The translations under genes and the position numbers were made by a program. The notes below the pieces were generated by a model that was not told where the DNA came from, made no database searches, and saw only the letters and a program-made list of their open reading frames with translations. A stretch of DNA of 64,000 nt, from NCBI GenBank assembly GCA_947090635.1, contig CAMUOM010000001.1, forward strand, positions 42,277-106,276, read 5' to 3'. Of the stretch, positions 20,775 through 30,703 are shown in pieces (the stretch's first letter is position 1; each line of letters opens with the position of its first letter). This DNA comes from an uncultured Candidatus Saccharibacteria bacterium. Its GTDB lineage: Bacteria > Patescibacteriota > Saccharimonadia > Saccharimonadales > Saccharimonadaceae.

Positions 20775-20803
20775 AATAAGCGCCCCGTAAGGCGCTTATT
20801 TTG
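20775..20803. terminator. Bidirectional intrinsic terminator between rel and ppa
   Basis: aataagcgcc-ccgtaa-ggcgcttatttt. Confidence 0.7.
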
Positions 20804-20816
20804 TTAACTAAACTTA

Positions 20817-21344
20817 TTAGCGATTTGCCCAGCGCTGCTGTGCTTCACGAATCACCGCTTTAGCAGCATTTAGACCTTCAATACCCTTGACTTCAGTTGA
20901 ACCAGGCTTCTTAAGGTCCTTATAGTGTGCAAAATGAAACTCAATTTGCTTCTTTAGCTGCGCTGGGACGTCGTCAATCGTCTGATACTTATTACCAGTC
21001 TCACGGTCATCGGCTGGAACAACAATCACTTTGTCATCCACTTCGCCACCATCAACAAACTTCAATACACCCAAAACGCGAGCTTCTACAACCACACCAG
21101 TTGGCAACGGGTCATCAGTCAAGATTAAAGCGTCTAGTTCGTCGCCATCTTCATCTAATGTCTGCGGAATAAACCCATAATTGGTTGGCTTAGCAAATAC
21201 CTTTGGCTCTACACGATCGAGTGCCATCACTTTTTTATTGCGACGCCACTCAATTTTATTGTTGCTACCCTTTGGGATTTCATTTACTACATTGATAATA
21301 CCAGCATCGACATCGCCAGCATCAAATACTTCGTTCCAGTCCAT
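20817..21344 (-). CDS. ppa: Inorganic pyrophosphatase (family I)
   Basis: 175 aa with a DGDELDAL-type acidic cluster and overall family I PPase similarity. AAGGAG SD upstream. Confidence 0.9.
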   Translation of the reverse strand: MDWNEVFDAGDVDAGIINVVNEIPKGSNNKIEWRRNKKVMALDRVEPKVFAKPTNYGFIPQTLDEDGDELDALILTDDPLPTGVVVEARVLGVLKFVDGGEVDDKVIVVPADDRETGNKYQTIDDVPAQLKKQIEFHFAHYKDLKKPGSTEVKGIEGLNAAKAVIREAQQRWANR

Positions 21345-21365
21345 AAATCTCCTTCTGTTATAGGG

Positions 21366-22097
21366 CTATTTTACCATACCTGACTCAGTACGGCCAAATT
21401 CGTCACGTGATTTAATTGATTTAACTTCGTCCTCAGTATCATGCTTAAATTTCTGAATATCATCATAAATTTTTGCTGCTTCACGCGCCGCTTCCTCAGA
21501 CTGAGATTTAGCGGTATTAGCCTTCTCCATTACAGTACGAACAATGTTTTGCGCATCATCAAACTTCGGTACCCGGCCACCAGCAGGCGCTTGGTCAATA
21601 AATTCATTGGCTGACTCAGGAATTGCAATATCATCAGTGTGATTCTTAACCGTCTCATCAATTGATTTTAATAGAGCCTGCACTGCCACTAGGGCTCGTG
21701 CTACGGTAGCATCATATTCGCTAGTATATGTCTTAATGAAGTCGAGCTTAACTGGGTCGGTTACGTTAAAGGTAGTATCCACTGGTGTCTGAATAACACT
21801 CGGCACAGCTGGTTCTACTGTTGGCTCTGGCTCTGGAGTGGGAGCTGGTTCATCTTGAATCTCACTAAAGTTACCAACCTTAGATTTATCGCTGGTATTA
21901 ATTGTCTCATTAGTAACCAGCTCTTCTCGCTTGCCGTCAACACTAATTGTGTCATTACCTAGACCATATCCAGCCAACGGGTCAATATTAAAATCAGTCG
22001 TAGTCGAATTTAACACTGGTTGACTAGTAGTCGCATTATTAGTAGCTTGCGCTACCGTACTAGCACTTCCGCTAGTAAATACTGATGGTATATCCAC
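21366..22097 (-). CDS. Hypothetical protein with a Thr/Pro-rich linker (PAPTPEPEPTVEPAVP)
   Basis: 243-aa ORF starting at a GTG, with GGGAGGG just upstream. Low-complexity N-terminal half. Confidence 0.45.
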   Translation of the reverse strand: MDIPSVFTSGSASTVAQATNNATTSQPVLNSTTTDFNIDPLAGYGLGNDTISVDGKREELVTNETINTSDKSKVGNFSEIQDEPAPTPEPEPTVEPAVPSVIQTPVDTTFNVTDPVKLDFIKTYTSEYDATVARALVAVQALLKSIDETVKNHTDDIAIPESANEFIDQAPAGGRVPKFDDAQNIVRTVMEKANTAKSQSEEAAREAAKIYDDIQKFKHDTEDEVKSIKSRDEFGRTESGMVK

Positions 22098-22177
22098 ATG
22101 CCCTCCCTAAGTTATCTTGTAAATATAATAGCACAAGCATATTATGCTATGCAAGTTATTTTTGGTATAATATAAGT

Positions 22178-23179
22178 ATGTTGCACGCAACACCAAAACT
22201 ATTGTTGCCAAAAGACTATATTGAGGATGTGACAAATTGCGCCCAAAAAGCTCAGGCTCGCATTTACCTAACTAGTCTAACTCTTTTTGAAGATGGCGCC
22301 ACCCAACCATTAATTGATGCCCTAATCGCCGCCGCAAAACGCGGAGTTGATGTACATGTCATGGCTGATTTTATGACTTTTATGTACGCCGAACAACACA
22401 CACGCAATATTTGTAAATTCCTTACCGGAGCCACTAGCCGTAAATCCGATCAAATTCGCAAACAACTAATCGAAGCGGGCGCAAAATTCTCTTGGCTTGG
22501 TTGCTATAATGTGCCACTTTGTATTGGCCGCACCCACTCAAAATGGTGCGTCATCGACGACACTGTATTCACGTTCGGCGGTGTCAATGCTGAAGGTGTA
22601 GCCGTAACCAAGCAAGCTGATTATATGTTCAAGCTAATTGATGCGCGCCTAGCGACAAAACTAGTTGCCGAACAACTAGACATCGAAGCCATCAATCAGA
22701 ATCCCAAACACCGCATCAATAAATCATTCAAATTGCCCTATGGAACCGTATTAATCGATAGCGGCAAAATGAACCGTTCACTAATTTACCGGCGCACACT
22801 TCAACTAGCTCAAAAGGCCAACCACGTCACTCTAGTGTCTCAATACTGCCCAAGCGGTAAACTTGGTAAAGAAATTGCTCGCAAATCAGCTGAGGTTTAT
22901 TTTAACCGTAAATCCCTTGCTGACAGTAAACTTAATAAAATACTTATTGGTTCATCGAAACTTGTTGCCAGTATGCACAACCTCTACACGCGCGACCGTT
23001 ACATTCATGCCAAATTTGCCATTTTTACCATGCCAGATGGTAACAAGGTAGCTATTACTGGTTCACACAACTTTACTACTGCCGGCTCATTCTTTGGCAC
23101 TAGAGAAATCGCACTCGAAACTACTGATAATAGAATTATCAATCAACTCGAACACTTTCTTGAGACTGAAATTAAATAA
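22178..23179 (+). CDS. Phospholipase D-family protein with two HKD motifs (soluble, 333 aa)
   Basis: HSKWCVIDD and HAKFAIFT....GSHNFT motifs. Start set at the ATG with TGgTATAAT 6 nt upstream. The track ORF extends 93 nt further upstream into the divergent gene. Confidence 0.7.
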   Translation: MLHATPKLLLPKDYIEDVTNCAQKAQARIYLTSLTLFEDGATQPLIDALIAAAKRGVDVHVMADFMTFMYAEQHTRNICKFLTGATSRKSDQIRKQLIEAGAKFSWLGCYNVPLCIGRTHSKWCVIDDTVFTFGGVNAEGVAVTKQADYMFKLIDARLATKLVAEQLDIEAINQNPKHRINKSFKLPYGTVLIDSGKMNRSLIYRRTLQLAQKANHVTLVSQYCPSGKLGKEIARKSAEVYFNRKSLADSKLNKILIGSSKLVASMHNLYTRDRYIHAKFAIFTMPDGNKVAITGSHNFTTAGSFFGTREIALETTDNRIINQLEHFLETEIK

Positions 23180-23194
23180 TTTAATCTTTAGTAA

Positions 23195-23232
23195 TTTAAA
23201 TAGAGGCTGAATCGTGTCAGCCTCTATAAAAT
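23195..23232. terminator. Bidirectional intrinsic terminator
   Basis: tagaggctga-atcgtg-tcagcctcta, flanked by A/T runs. Confidence 0.7.
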
Positions 23233-23243
23233 CAACTACTTAA

Positions 23244-23864
23244 TTAATTTTGTTTTTGTGTCAGGTCAACAATTGATACTACAAACTTAAGTGGTGAATT
23301 AGGAGCAATTCCTGCCGTACCCTCTTTACCATATGCCATGTCAGCCGGAATGGTCAATAGATACGTACCACCAACACGACGTCCCGTTAGACCTTCTTGC
23401 CAGCCCTTAATTACTTGACCAAGACTAAATTTGGCTGCTTCTAGATTGCCACCAACATTAGTACTATCAAATATCTTACCGTCTGCAGTCCAACCGGTGT
23501 AATTAGCGCTAATCGTATCACCAGCGCTTACTGTCGCACCAGTACCTTCTTGGAGTACATCAACTTTCAAACTGGTCACTGAATTAGCATCAAACTTGCC
23601 AACTTGATTCTCATGGCCAGGCAATGGCTTTAATGATTTTTGACGTTCCTCTTGCATCTTCTCAGCCATTTGTCGTTGTTTATCTAATTTCTCCTTATAA
23701 TCAGCCATTATTTTATCATTAACTATCTTATTTGAATCAGTCTTTGGTAGTAGCGATGCAATAATCATCGACGCAAAACCAACTACCGTAAATACTACCA
23801 TCATGATGGCAACAATCCAAATCGCCACGCGCTCTTTTATTGGTGTTTTATCGTATGAACTCAT
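23244..23864 (-). CDS. FKBP-type peptidyl-prolyl cis-trans isomerase with an N-terminal membrane anchor
   Basis: C-terminal FKBP domain GDTISANYTGWTADGKIFDST....GWQEGLTGRRVGGTYLLTIPADMAYG. N-terminal TM helix. AGGAGG SD upstream. Confidence 0.8.
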   Translation of the reverse strand: MSSYDKTPIKERVAIWIVAIMMVVFTVVGFASMIIASLLPKTDSNKIVNDKIMADYKEKLDKQRQMAEKMQEERQKSLKPLPGHENQVGKFDANSVTSLKVDVLQEGTGATVSAGDTISANYTGWTADGKIFDSTNVGGNLEAAKFSLGQVIKGWQEGLTGRRVGGTYLLTIPADMAYGKEGTAGIAPNSPLKFVVSIVDLTQKQN

Positions 23865-23878
23865 TTTTCCTCCTATTA

Positions 23879-26380
23879 TTATACAATTTTAGCATTAATT
23901 TGGCTGGCATTTTTCTCTAACCGATGCATTAAAACAGCCACTTCCTTAGTATCTACTGTCTTAGCTCGATCATAGAATTCAATATGCAACGTTATATTAC
24001 GTTCATCCTCGGCTGGCGTAAAAATATCGCCCGGCGTAACTTCGATAGCCAACTCACTATTTGCTAACTGCTTCAAAGTGTAATCCATTACTTCTGCAAA
24101 CGTAACTGCAGTCGGTACACGATAGGTAATATCACGTGCCGTACCCTGATAACGTAACACTGGAGTATAGCGTTTAGTAGTCAACTGCTTGGCGGTTAAC
24201 TGATCGGTGAATAGACGAAATGCCGCAACATGCTCAGGTAGCTTGAAGTCGCGACGCACATCAGCCTTTAACTCGCCCACCACACCAATCAAAACCTTTC
24301 CTAGATACAGTGCAGCTGAACGAAGTGGCTCAAATAAGTCGTTACTAGCATCTAATGATGCAGCTAGCTGGTCTAACCGCACATAAGTCACATCATTGTG
24401 CCCTAAGACATAATTCACTACCTGCTTTGCTTGATAAAATGCCGAATAGTCATTATTCTTTGCTACGACGACACCGCTAACCTCTGGGAATTCTGCTGGC
24501 AAGCTTGGCTCATCTGGATCCATTTGCCCCTTACGATGCACCTTTCCCGCCTCAAATAACATAAAGTTATCGTAATTGGCCCGTAAATTATCGCGCGCCG
24601 ACTCCAATAGCTCCGGCAGCAAACTACGCCGATAATACTGTAAGTCGGGTGAAATAGCATTAACAATGCGGTAAGCTAAATCACAACGGTCGTGCGTAGC
24701 CGCAAATAGCTCCTTTGGAATAAATGAATAACGTAGCACCTCATTGCCGCCCTGCTCACGCAAACGGTCCAAGATTGCCCGCCTTGTCGCGTACAGCGGA
24801 TTCATTGGCACTGCGCTAAAATCGCGCCGTGGCACAGTCAAAGCAATATTGTCATAACCATTAACTCGGCCGATATCCTCAATAATATCTTCTCTGATGT
24901 TGTTATCTGGTCGCCACCATGGGATGGTAACTGTTACATTATCATCTACTACCACTGAATCGTACTGCAAATTTTCTAACGTACGCCGCACCAGGTCAGC
25001 GCTATACGGCTCACCGTGAAAGGTGCCCAAAGTATCTGTCACTAGCTGCAACGGGAAAGTTACTTTACGCGATACCACCGTAGCGTCACCAGCCTCCGCA
25101 ACTTCACTCGCCACAGTAGCACCAGCATACTGACGTAGTAATGCTACAGCGCGCACTAATACTGGATGATTAAGCGGCGCCGGCTGCCCCTTCGTGAAGC
25201 GCGTAATAGCTTCACTAAAAATACCATGCCTAAATTGCGTATTGCGCAAATTATAGAGGTTAAATGTCGCCGACTCAAGCAAAACGCGCTTTGTTTGCAC
25301 ATCAACCTCAGTAGACTTACCGCCCATTGCACCGGCCAATGCAACTGGCACGTTATTGGCGGTGTCACCAGCGCAAATCACAATATCTTTACTAGTTAAA
25401 GTAACCTCTTTGTCATCAAGTAGCACTAGCTTTTCGCCATCGCGCGCCGCACGCACTACAACATCAGGCTGACCAGTCGGCGAAACCGCAATAAATTTAT
25501 CAAGGTCAAAAGCGTGTAATGGCTGGCCGCTTTCGAGCATCAATAGATTTGTTAAGTCAACTACCGCCGTCGTACTACGCACCCCATTACGACCAAGACG
25601 TGAACGAAGTTTAAGTGGCAAAGTCGCCGTCGCATCAACTTGCGACAAAGCAACACATTCATAATGCGGACACAACTCCGTATCAGCAATCATCACACGT
25701 GGCATAACCTCTTGATGGTCTACCGTCTGAGTAACTGCCAAATCATTAAACCAAGCTGGCACGCGCGCCGATTGGCCTAGAATCGCCGCCACTTCGCGCG
25801 CAAAACCAATCATGCCAAAGCAATCTGGACGATGTGTCAAACTCTTATTCTCAACTTCCAAAAGTGTATCATCCAGATCCAGTAGCTCAACTAGTGGCTC
25901 GCCAATGTACGCTTTAGGGTCATCTACCTCAAGAATACCATCGTGCTCATCCCATAAATCTAGTTCCGCTGGGCTAGCCATCATCCCCTGACTTAGTACA
26001 CCGCGCAGCTTACGAGCACTCAAAGTCAGCTCGTCTTCCTTGCCATAACTTGCCGGCACGATAGTCTTTGGTGGCAACCATACCGCCTTCATTCCGGCAT
26101 GCACATTAGGTGCACCGCAAACCACTTGCACCGTACCGTCATCGTTTCGTGGCACATCAGGCGTCGCACCACCATCATCAATCTGACAAACATGTAAGTG
26201 GTCACTATTGGGATGGTCGATAGCCGTTTTTACTTCAACCACTACTGCACCTTGATAGTGCGCCGCCAAGTCAGTCGTACTCTCAATTTCAACTAGCAGA
26301 CGGCCAATTTTATCAGCTAACTCAGCCGGCGCTAGGTTAATATCAACATATTGTTTTAACCAATTTACTGAAATAATCAT
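23879..26380 (-). CDS. pheT: Phenylalanine--tRNA ligase beta subunit
   Basis: 833 aa. tRNA-binding, B3/4, B5 and catalytic-like domains in the usual order. AAGGAG SD upstream. Confidence 0.95.
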   Translation of the reverse strand: MIISVNWLKQYVDINLAPAELADKIGRLLVEIESTTDLAAHYQGAVVVEVKTAIDHPNSDHLHVCQIDDGGATPDVPRNDDGTVQVVCGAPNVHAGMKAVWLPPKTIVPASYGKEDELTLSARKLRGVLSQGMMASPAELDLWDEHDGILEVDDPKAYIGEPLVELLDLDDTLLEVENKSLTHRPDCFGMIGFAREVAAILGQSARVPAWFNDLAVTQTVDHQEVMPRVMIADTELCPHYECVALSQVDATATLPLKLRSRLGRNGVRSTTAVVDLTNLLMLESGQPLHAFDLDKFIAVSPTGQPDVVVRAARDGEKLVLLDDKEVTLTSKDIVICAGDTANNVPVALAGAMGGKSTEVDVQTKRVLLESATFNLYNLRNTQFRHGIFSEAITRFTKGQPAPLNHPVLVRAVALLRQYAGATVASEVAEAGDATVVSRKVTFPLQLVTDTLGTFHGEPYSADLVRRTLENLQYDSVVVDDNVTVTIPWWRPDNNIREDIIEDIGRVNGYDNIALTVPRRDFSAVPMNPLYATRRAILDRLREQGGNEVLRYSFIPKELFAATHDRCDLAYRIVNAISPDLQYYRRSLLPELLESARDNLRANYDNFMLFEAGKVHRKGQMDPDEPSLPAEFPEVSGVVVAKNNDYSAFYQAKQVVNYVLGHNDVTYVRLDQLAASLDASNDLFEPLRSAALYLGKVLIGVVGELKADVRRDFKLPEHVAAFRLFTDQLTAKQLTTKRYTPVLRYQGTARDITYRVPTAVTFAEVMDYTLKQLANSELAIEVTPGDIFTPAEDERNITLHIEFYDRAKTVDTKEVAVLMHRLEKNASQINAKIV

Positions 26381-26389
26381 CCCGTCTCC

Positions 26390-27412
26390 TTAATTAAACT
26401 TCCTTAAGAATGCTAATTTACCCGATTCAAAGTGACGCAAATCTTCAATACCATATTTCAACATCACTAATCGCTCTAGGCCACCACCCCAAGCAAAGCC
26501 ACGATACTTAGTCGGATCGATACCAGCCTCTTTTAACACATTCGGATGTAGCATACCACAACCCAACATCTCCAGCCATTCGCCACCCTTACCGCCGCCG
26601 CCTAAAGCTGCCGGCTTTTCAATAGCAAATTCTAAGCTCGGCTCTGTAAACGGGAAGTATCCCGGCTGCGTCTTAATACGTAACCGCTGGCCATAATAAG
26701 CTTCAAAGAAGTTAGCTAGCAGCCCCAGCATTTGACCAAGACTAGCATCACGCGACACATATACACCTTCAAACTGATTAAACGTATGGTCATGTGTCAC
26801 ATCAGCATCCTCATTGCGAAACACGCGACCGTAATGAATCTCGGCAATCGCTTCACCAGCTTCCAATTTAGCTAAGCCATTTTTAAGCGTACGATTCTCC
26901 ATTGCCGTAGTATGAGCCGGTGGAATATAGCCCTCCTCGGTGCGGAAAGTATCATAGCCATCACGCGCAGGATGATTCGGCGGAAAGTTAAGACTTGTAA
27001 ACATATGGTAGTCATCATCAATTTGCCGCGCTTCGTTGCATTCAAAACCCATCCGCATAAAGATATCAACTACCGACTTTAGCTCATCAGTCAACGGATG
27101 TAACGTACCCTGCTCAACCGGTAAAGCCTGTGGATGCGGCTTAATTTTACCCATCGCACTAGAGTCAAATGGCGCTGTCACATCGAGTGGTTCCACACTA
27201 GCATTTAATTTAGCCGCCTCATAATCTGCCGCAAGCTTGGTCAATTCTTGCTTTAGCTGATTAATTTTACGGCCAAATTCCGCTCGCTCCGCCTGCGGCA
27301 AGGTTGCAATTTGCCGATATAAGTCCTTCAGTTCCGGCGCTTTCAGTACTTCGCTTGGATTCTCCTGCTGTGCGCGCGCCAGCAATAACTTTCTCGCTTC
27401 CTCTAAGTTCAT
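26390..27412 (-). CDS. pheS: Phenylalanine--tRNA ligase alpha subunit
   Basis: Class II motifs including FTEPSLEF and GFAWGGGLERLVML. TAAAAT lies 6 nt upstream of the ATG. Confidence 0.95.
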   Translation of the reverse strand: MNLEEARKLLLARAQQENPSEVLKAPELKDLYRQIATLPQAERAEFGRKINQLKQELTKLAADYEAAKLNASVEPLDVTAPFDSSAMGKIKPHPQALPVEQGTLHPLTDELKSVVDIFMRMGFECNEARQIDDDYHMFTSLNFPPNHPARDGYDTFRTEEGYIPPAHTTAMENRTLKNGLAKLEAGEAIAEIHYGRVFRNEDADVTHDHTFNQFEGVYVSRDASLGQMLGLLANFFEAYYGQRLRIKTQPGYFPFTEPSLEFAIEKPAALGGGGKGGEWLEMLGCGMLHPNVLKEAGIDPTKYRGFAWGGGLERLVMLKYGIEDLRHFESGKLAFLRKFN

Positions 27413-27430
27413 AGTACTATTTTACCACCG

Positions 27431-28060
27431 TTAGCGAATCGCCTCAAACTGCTGCTGAAACTCTGTCTTTTTCTTATTTACGTAGTCACGAGCAGTATTA
27501 ATCGAACGATAACTACACGACAGGGCTGCGTCGCCCTCTTTGCTTAAATCTTTATAGTTAACACTATTTGTCGCTGTATCTTTAAACTTACGCATCACAC
27601 TCAAACATTTACTGTTATCGTTAGGTAATTTACTAATACTATCGATTGCATCGTCAATTTTATTAATAAATTTGCCGCTAAGCGTTTTATCTTTCGAAAC
27701 ACCTTTATTAAAATCTTCAGCCCAATCAGAATAAACACTGTTAGCCTTATTAAAATTCTGCACATCACTAATCAATTTCTGATAAATTGATTGCAGCTGA
27801 TCCATTTGCACATAGCCCTTTGCTAGCTCGCGAATCACGGGCAACTTTGCTATCACAATATTACGTAGTTCTGCTGGACGAGTCAGCGCCTTGCCCGACA
27901 CTACTGCCCCATACTGCGTATGCACATCCAACCGATACTGGTCCAACGCCATGCGCGTGTCTCGTACTATGTAAACTGACACACATAAAATCACTGCTAT
28001 AAAGAACAATAACCAACCAAGAGTTATTTTTTGCCAACGTTTAAAAACAAACTTCGCCAT
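27431..28060 (-). CDS. Hypothetical membrane-anchored protein
   Basis: 209 aa with an N-terminal TM helix. GAGGAG SD upstream. Its start overlaps the upstream stop as TAATG. Confidence 0.5.
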   Translation of the reverse strand: MAKFVFKRWQKITLGWLLFFIAVILCVSVYIVRDTRMALDQYRLDVHTQYGAVVSGKALTRPAELRNIVIAKLPVIRELAKGYVQMDQLQSIYQKLISDVQNFNKANSVYSDWAEDFNKGVSKDKTLSGKFINKIDDAIDSISKLPNDNSKCLSVMRKFKDTATNSVNYKDLSKEGDAALSCSYRSINTARDYVNKKKTEFQQQFEAIR

Positions 28061-28287
28061 TATCTCCTCACAAATAATGCTGCCAATATTATCACAACCG
28101 CAATAGCAACAATCGTTACAACTACTCCCCAGGGACTGCGTGCATCATCATGCTCAGTTTGCTCTACACGTTTATTATTATGTTCACCCAATTCATGCTG
28201 CGCGCGCTGACGCTTTTCTTCTAATTCAGCCCTAATTCGCTTCTGAAGCTCAGTCTTTTCTTCAGTACTATCGTATACAATAGACAT
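28060..28287 (-). CDS. Small C-terminally anchored membrane protein
   Basis: Charged helical N-terminus and a C-terminal TM helix VVVTIVAIAVVIILAALFV. Start chosen at the ATG with GATATAAT 7 nt upstream. The track ORF begins 12 codons earlier. Confidence 0.4.
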   Translation of the reverse strand: MSIVYDSTEEKTELQKRIRAELEEKRQRAQHELGEHNNKRVEQTEHDDARSPWGVVVTIVAIAVVIILAALFVRR

Positions 28288-28381
28288 ATGCATAATTATA
28301 TCACAAAATTTAACCTTGTACATTTACCCTAAAATGCGTTAAAATAGTAATCGTAATTTAATCAAAAGGAGGGATTAAAAC

Positions 28382-29554
28382 ATGGCTACAAAGAAGAGTA
28401 GCAAACGTGCCGCCGCTAAGAAGTCACTCAAGACTACTAAGGCAGAACACGTCAGCGAGAAAGCTCCCGTAGAAGAAGTTGCTATTGCAGATACAACTGA
28501 ACCAGAAGAGTCTAAAGCTGTCGAAGAAACTACCACTAAAGCTGAAGTATCTAAGGCTGAAGAAACTAAAGAAGAGGCTAAGAAAGAAGCCAAACCAGAA
28601 GTTACTGATACTAAGACTGTAAAGGCTAAGAAAGAAAAGGCTCCAAAGCCATCGATTATTGATAACCTTGCTGACATCAACCCAACTGCAATGCTAGTTG
28701 AGCTATTTGGCACTTTCGTCCTGTCAGCTGCCGTATTGCGCTTAGCTACAAACAGCAATTTTGGGGTGATCGCTATGTCGTTAGTTTTTGTCATATTGGT
28801 CATCGTATTTGGCGCAATTTCTGGCGCACACTTCAACCCTGCAATTTCCGTTGCAGCTTGGGTCAACCGCAAAATAAATGGTGCTAAGGCATTCGCCTAC
28901 ATCGTCGCTCAAGTTGTCGGTGCATCACTAGCTGTGCTAGTTATTTCGCTACTTACCACCGCTAATTACGACCTCGGTAATGATATCGAGCAATTAGCAG
29001 TTAAGAGCGGCGTCGTCACCGAAGAGGAAATCGCCAAAGATGGTGGCGTTGAAGGTTGGGCCAAGAAGTATCTTGAGAAAAATGGGCAAAAGGTCGAAAA
29101 GGGTAAAACTGCTGTTGAGATGCTTGCCGAAAATGCTGGTCTTGATAAGAACCGTGGCGTTGGTGTAGATGTTTCAGCTAAGACCAAGATTTATACTCAG
29201 CCAGCTTTAGCACAGCATAAAGAATGGGGTGCACTCATTACTGAATTCATCGGTAGTATTATCTTCGGTGTTGGTGCAGGCTTCGCGCTATTCAATAAGA
29301 AGAAGAATGCTGTTGCTAACGGCCTAGCCATGGGTCTTGGTATGCTAACTGGTTTAACTGTTGCCGGTGCAACTTCAATCTTGAACCCAGCGCTAGCTAT
29401 CGCTGTTGGCGCTTATCACATGGGCAACGCCGCAACCGTACTATGGCCAATTGCCGTTTACGTACTTGCAGCCGTCCTCGGTATGCTAGCTGGCGTTAGC
29501 GCTTATCGTCTAGTTGTTCGCAATAGCGACAATAGCGATGAATTCGAAGCTTAG
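28382..29554 (+). CDS. MIP-family channel (aquaporin/glycerol facilitator-like) with a long K/E/T-rich N-terminal extension and a large inter-repeat insertion
   Basis: Two NPA boxes: SGAHFNPAISVAAW and ILNPALAIAVGAY. About 100 aa of charged low-complexity N-terminus. An ~80-aa soluble insertion separates the two half-repeats. Strong AAGGAGGG SD upstream. Confidence 0.75.
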   Translation: MATKKSSKRAAAKKSLKTTKAEHVSEKAPVEEVAIADTTEPEESKAVEETTTKAEVSKAEETKEEAKKEAKPEVTDTKTVKAKKEKAPKPSIIDNLADINPTAMLVELFGTFVLSAAVLRLATNSNFGVIAMSLVFVILVIVFGAISGAHFNPAISVAAWVNRKINGAKAFAYIVAQVVGASLAVLVISLLTTANYDLGNDIEQLAVKSGVVTEEEIAKDGGVEGWAKKYLEKNGQKVEKGKTAVEMLAENAGLDKNRGVGVDVSAKTKIYTQPALAQHKEWGALITEFIGSIIFGVGAGFALFNKKKNAVANGLAMGLGMLTGLTVAGATSILNPALAIAVGAYHMGNAATVLWPIAVYVLAAVLGMLAGVSAYRLVVRNSDNSDEFEA

Positions 29555-29570
29555 TCTAAGCTAATAAATT

Positions 29571-29597
29571 AATCCCCTCGCATGAGGGGATTTTTGT
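29571..29597 (+). terminator. Intrinsic terminator after the MIP gene
   Basis: aatcccctc-gcat-gaggggatttttg. Confidence 0.75.
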
Positions 29598-29614
29598 TTA
29601 CTATTTATATTCGA

Positions 29615-30679
29615 TTACTGATTACTTGGACGGTCAACCGTAAGTGGTTCAACCGGGTCATCCGCTTTATCTGCAATCTTGATAATATCCTTATCAACCT
29701 TAGCAAATTCTTTATAAGCGTTATTGTAATGGTTAACCGTGGTACCAAGGCTCACACCCAACTTTGACATATATTCATTGTAACGTTCAATGTGCATACC
29801 AAGCTGCGCCACACGCTTCTGAATTTCCTTCGCCTGCTCTTCAATCTGCAAACTACGTAAACCTTGAATTACGGTTTCAAGATATGCCATAAAGCTCGTT
29901 GGGCTAACGATAATTACATGACGGTCACGGAAGGCGTACTCAATTAAGTCGCGCGACGACGCACCATCGCCCACACGGTCTTTTAAGAGGTCGTAATACA
30001 TGCTTTCGCTCGGAATGAACATGAAGGCAAAATCCATTGTGCCTTCATCTGGCCGAATATACTTCGCTGTCTCATCAATTCGCCCCTTGATATCTTGTTT
30101 AACTCGCCGAAGTAGTTGCTCGCGCTGGTCTTTATCGGTCGCCTCAATATAACGATTATAATTTTCGAGCGAGAATTTTGAATCAACCGGCAAGATACGC
30201 CGCTTGTCCAAGAATATCACTGCGTCGACAATCTCGCCATTCTTAAATTTATACTGCGCCTGCCACTGATTTGGTGGTAATACATTCTCTAGCAGTGAAT
30301 TGAGATAGAATTCACCAAACACACCGCGCTGCTTTGGATTTTGCAATACATTTTGCAGCGTCTTTAACTCATCTGCCACATCCACCACTCGCTTATTAGT
30401 CTCATCCAACTTCGTTAAACGGCGGCTCACATCGTTCACGATCGCCACACTTTGACGCAGCTGTTCCTGCATTGAATCTTGTGTACGATTTAACTTGTCG
30501 TCGAACGTCTTTGATAAATTCGTCGATAAACTCGACACTTCGCTGCGTAAATTTAAAATATCAGCTTGCAGATAGCGTTCAGCATCACTTGGCTGCTTAC
30601 GCTGCAATTTAATTAAACACATTACCAATAAACCAGTTACGACTACTAATAACGCGGTAATAATATACTCTATGTTCAT
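29615..30679 (-). CDS. rmuC: DNA recombination protein RmuC
   Basis: N-terminal TM helix, a long coiled coil and the conserved RmuC C-terminal region. 354 aa. Confidence 0.8.
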   Translation of the reverse strand: MNIEYIITALLVVVTGLLVMCLIKLQRKQPSDAERYLQADILNLRSEVSSLSTNLSKTFDDKLNRTQDSMQEQLRQSVAIVNDVSRRLTKLDETNKRVVDVADELKTLQNVLQNPKQRGVFGEFYLNSLLENVLPPNQWQAQYKFKNGEIVDAVIFLDKRRILPVDSKFSLENYNRYIEATDKDQREQLLRRVKQDIKGRIDETAKYIRPDEGTMDFAFMFIPSESMYYDLLKDRVGDGASSRDLIEYAFRDRHVIIVSPTSFMAYLETVIQGLRSLQIEEQAKEIQKRVAQLGMHIERYNEYMSKLGVSLGTTVNHYNNAYKEFAKVDKDIIKIADKADDPVEPLTVDRPSNQ

Positions 30680-30703
30680 ACTATTAGTTTAGCACAAGCT
30701 AAA

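Noticed and set aside
22085-22177. Upstream extension of the PLD ORF (MVYPHALPKLSCKYNSTSILCYASYFWYNISM...)
   Set aside because: The extension overlaps the divergent gene start and has no conserved features. The ATG at 22178 is preceded by TGgTATAAT at the leaderless spacing used throughout the window.
28375-28872. 165-aa minus-strand ORF inside the MIP gene, and similar antisense ORFs inside gatB (4762-5277, 5073-5435), the RCC1 gene (17659-18051) and others
   Set aside because: These are shadow ORFs on the opposite strand of strongly supported genes. They have low-complexity composition, no start signals and no family resemblance.
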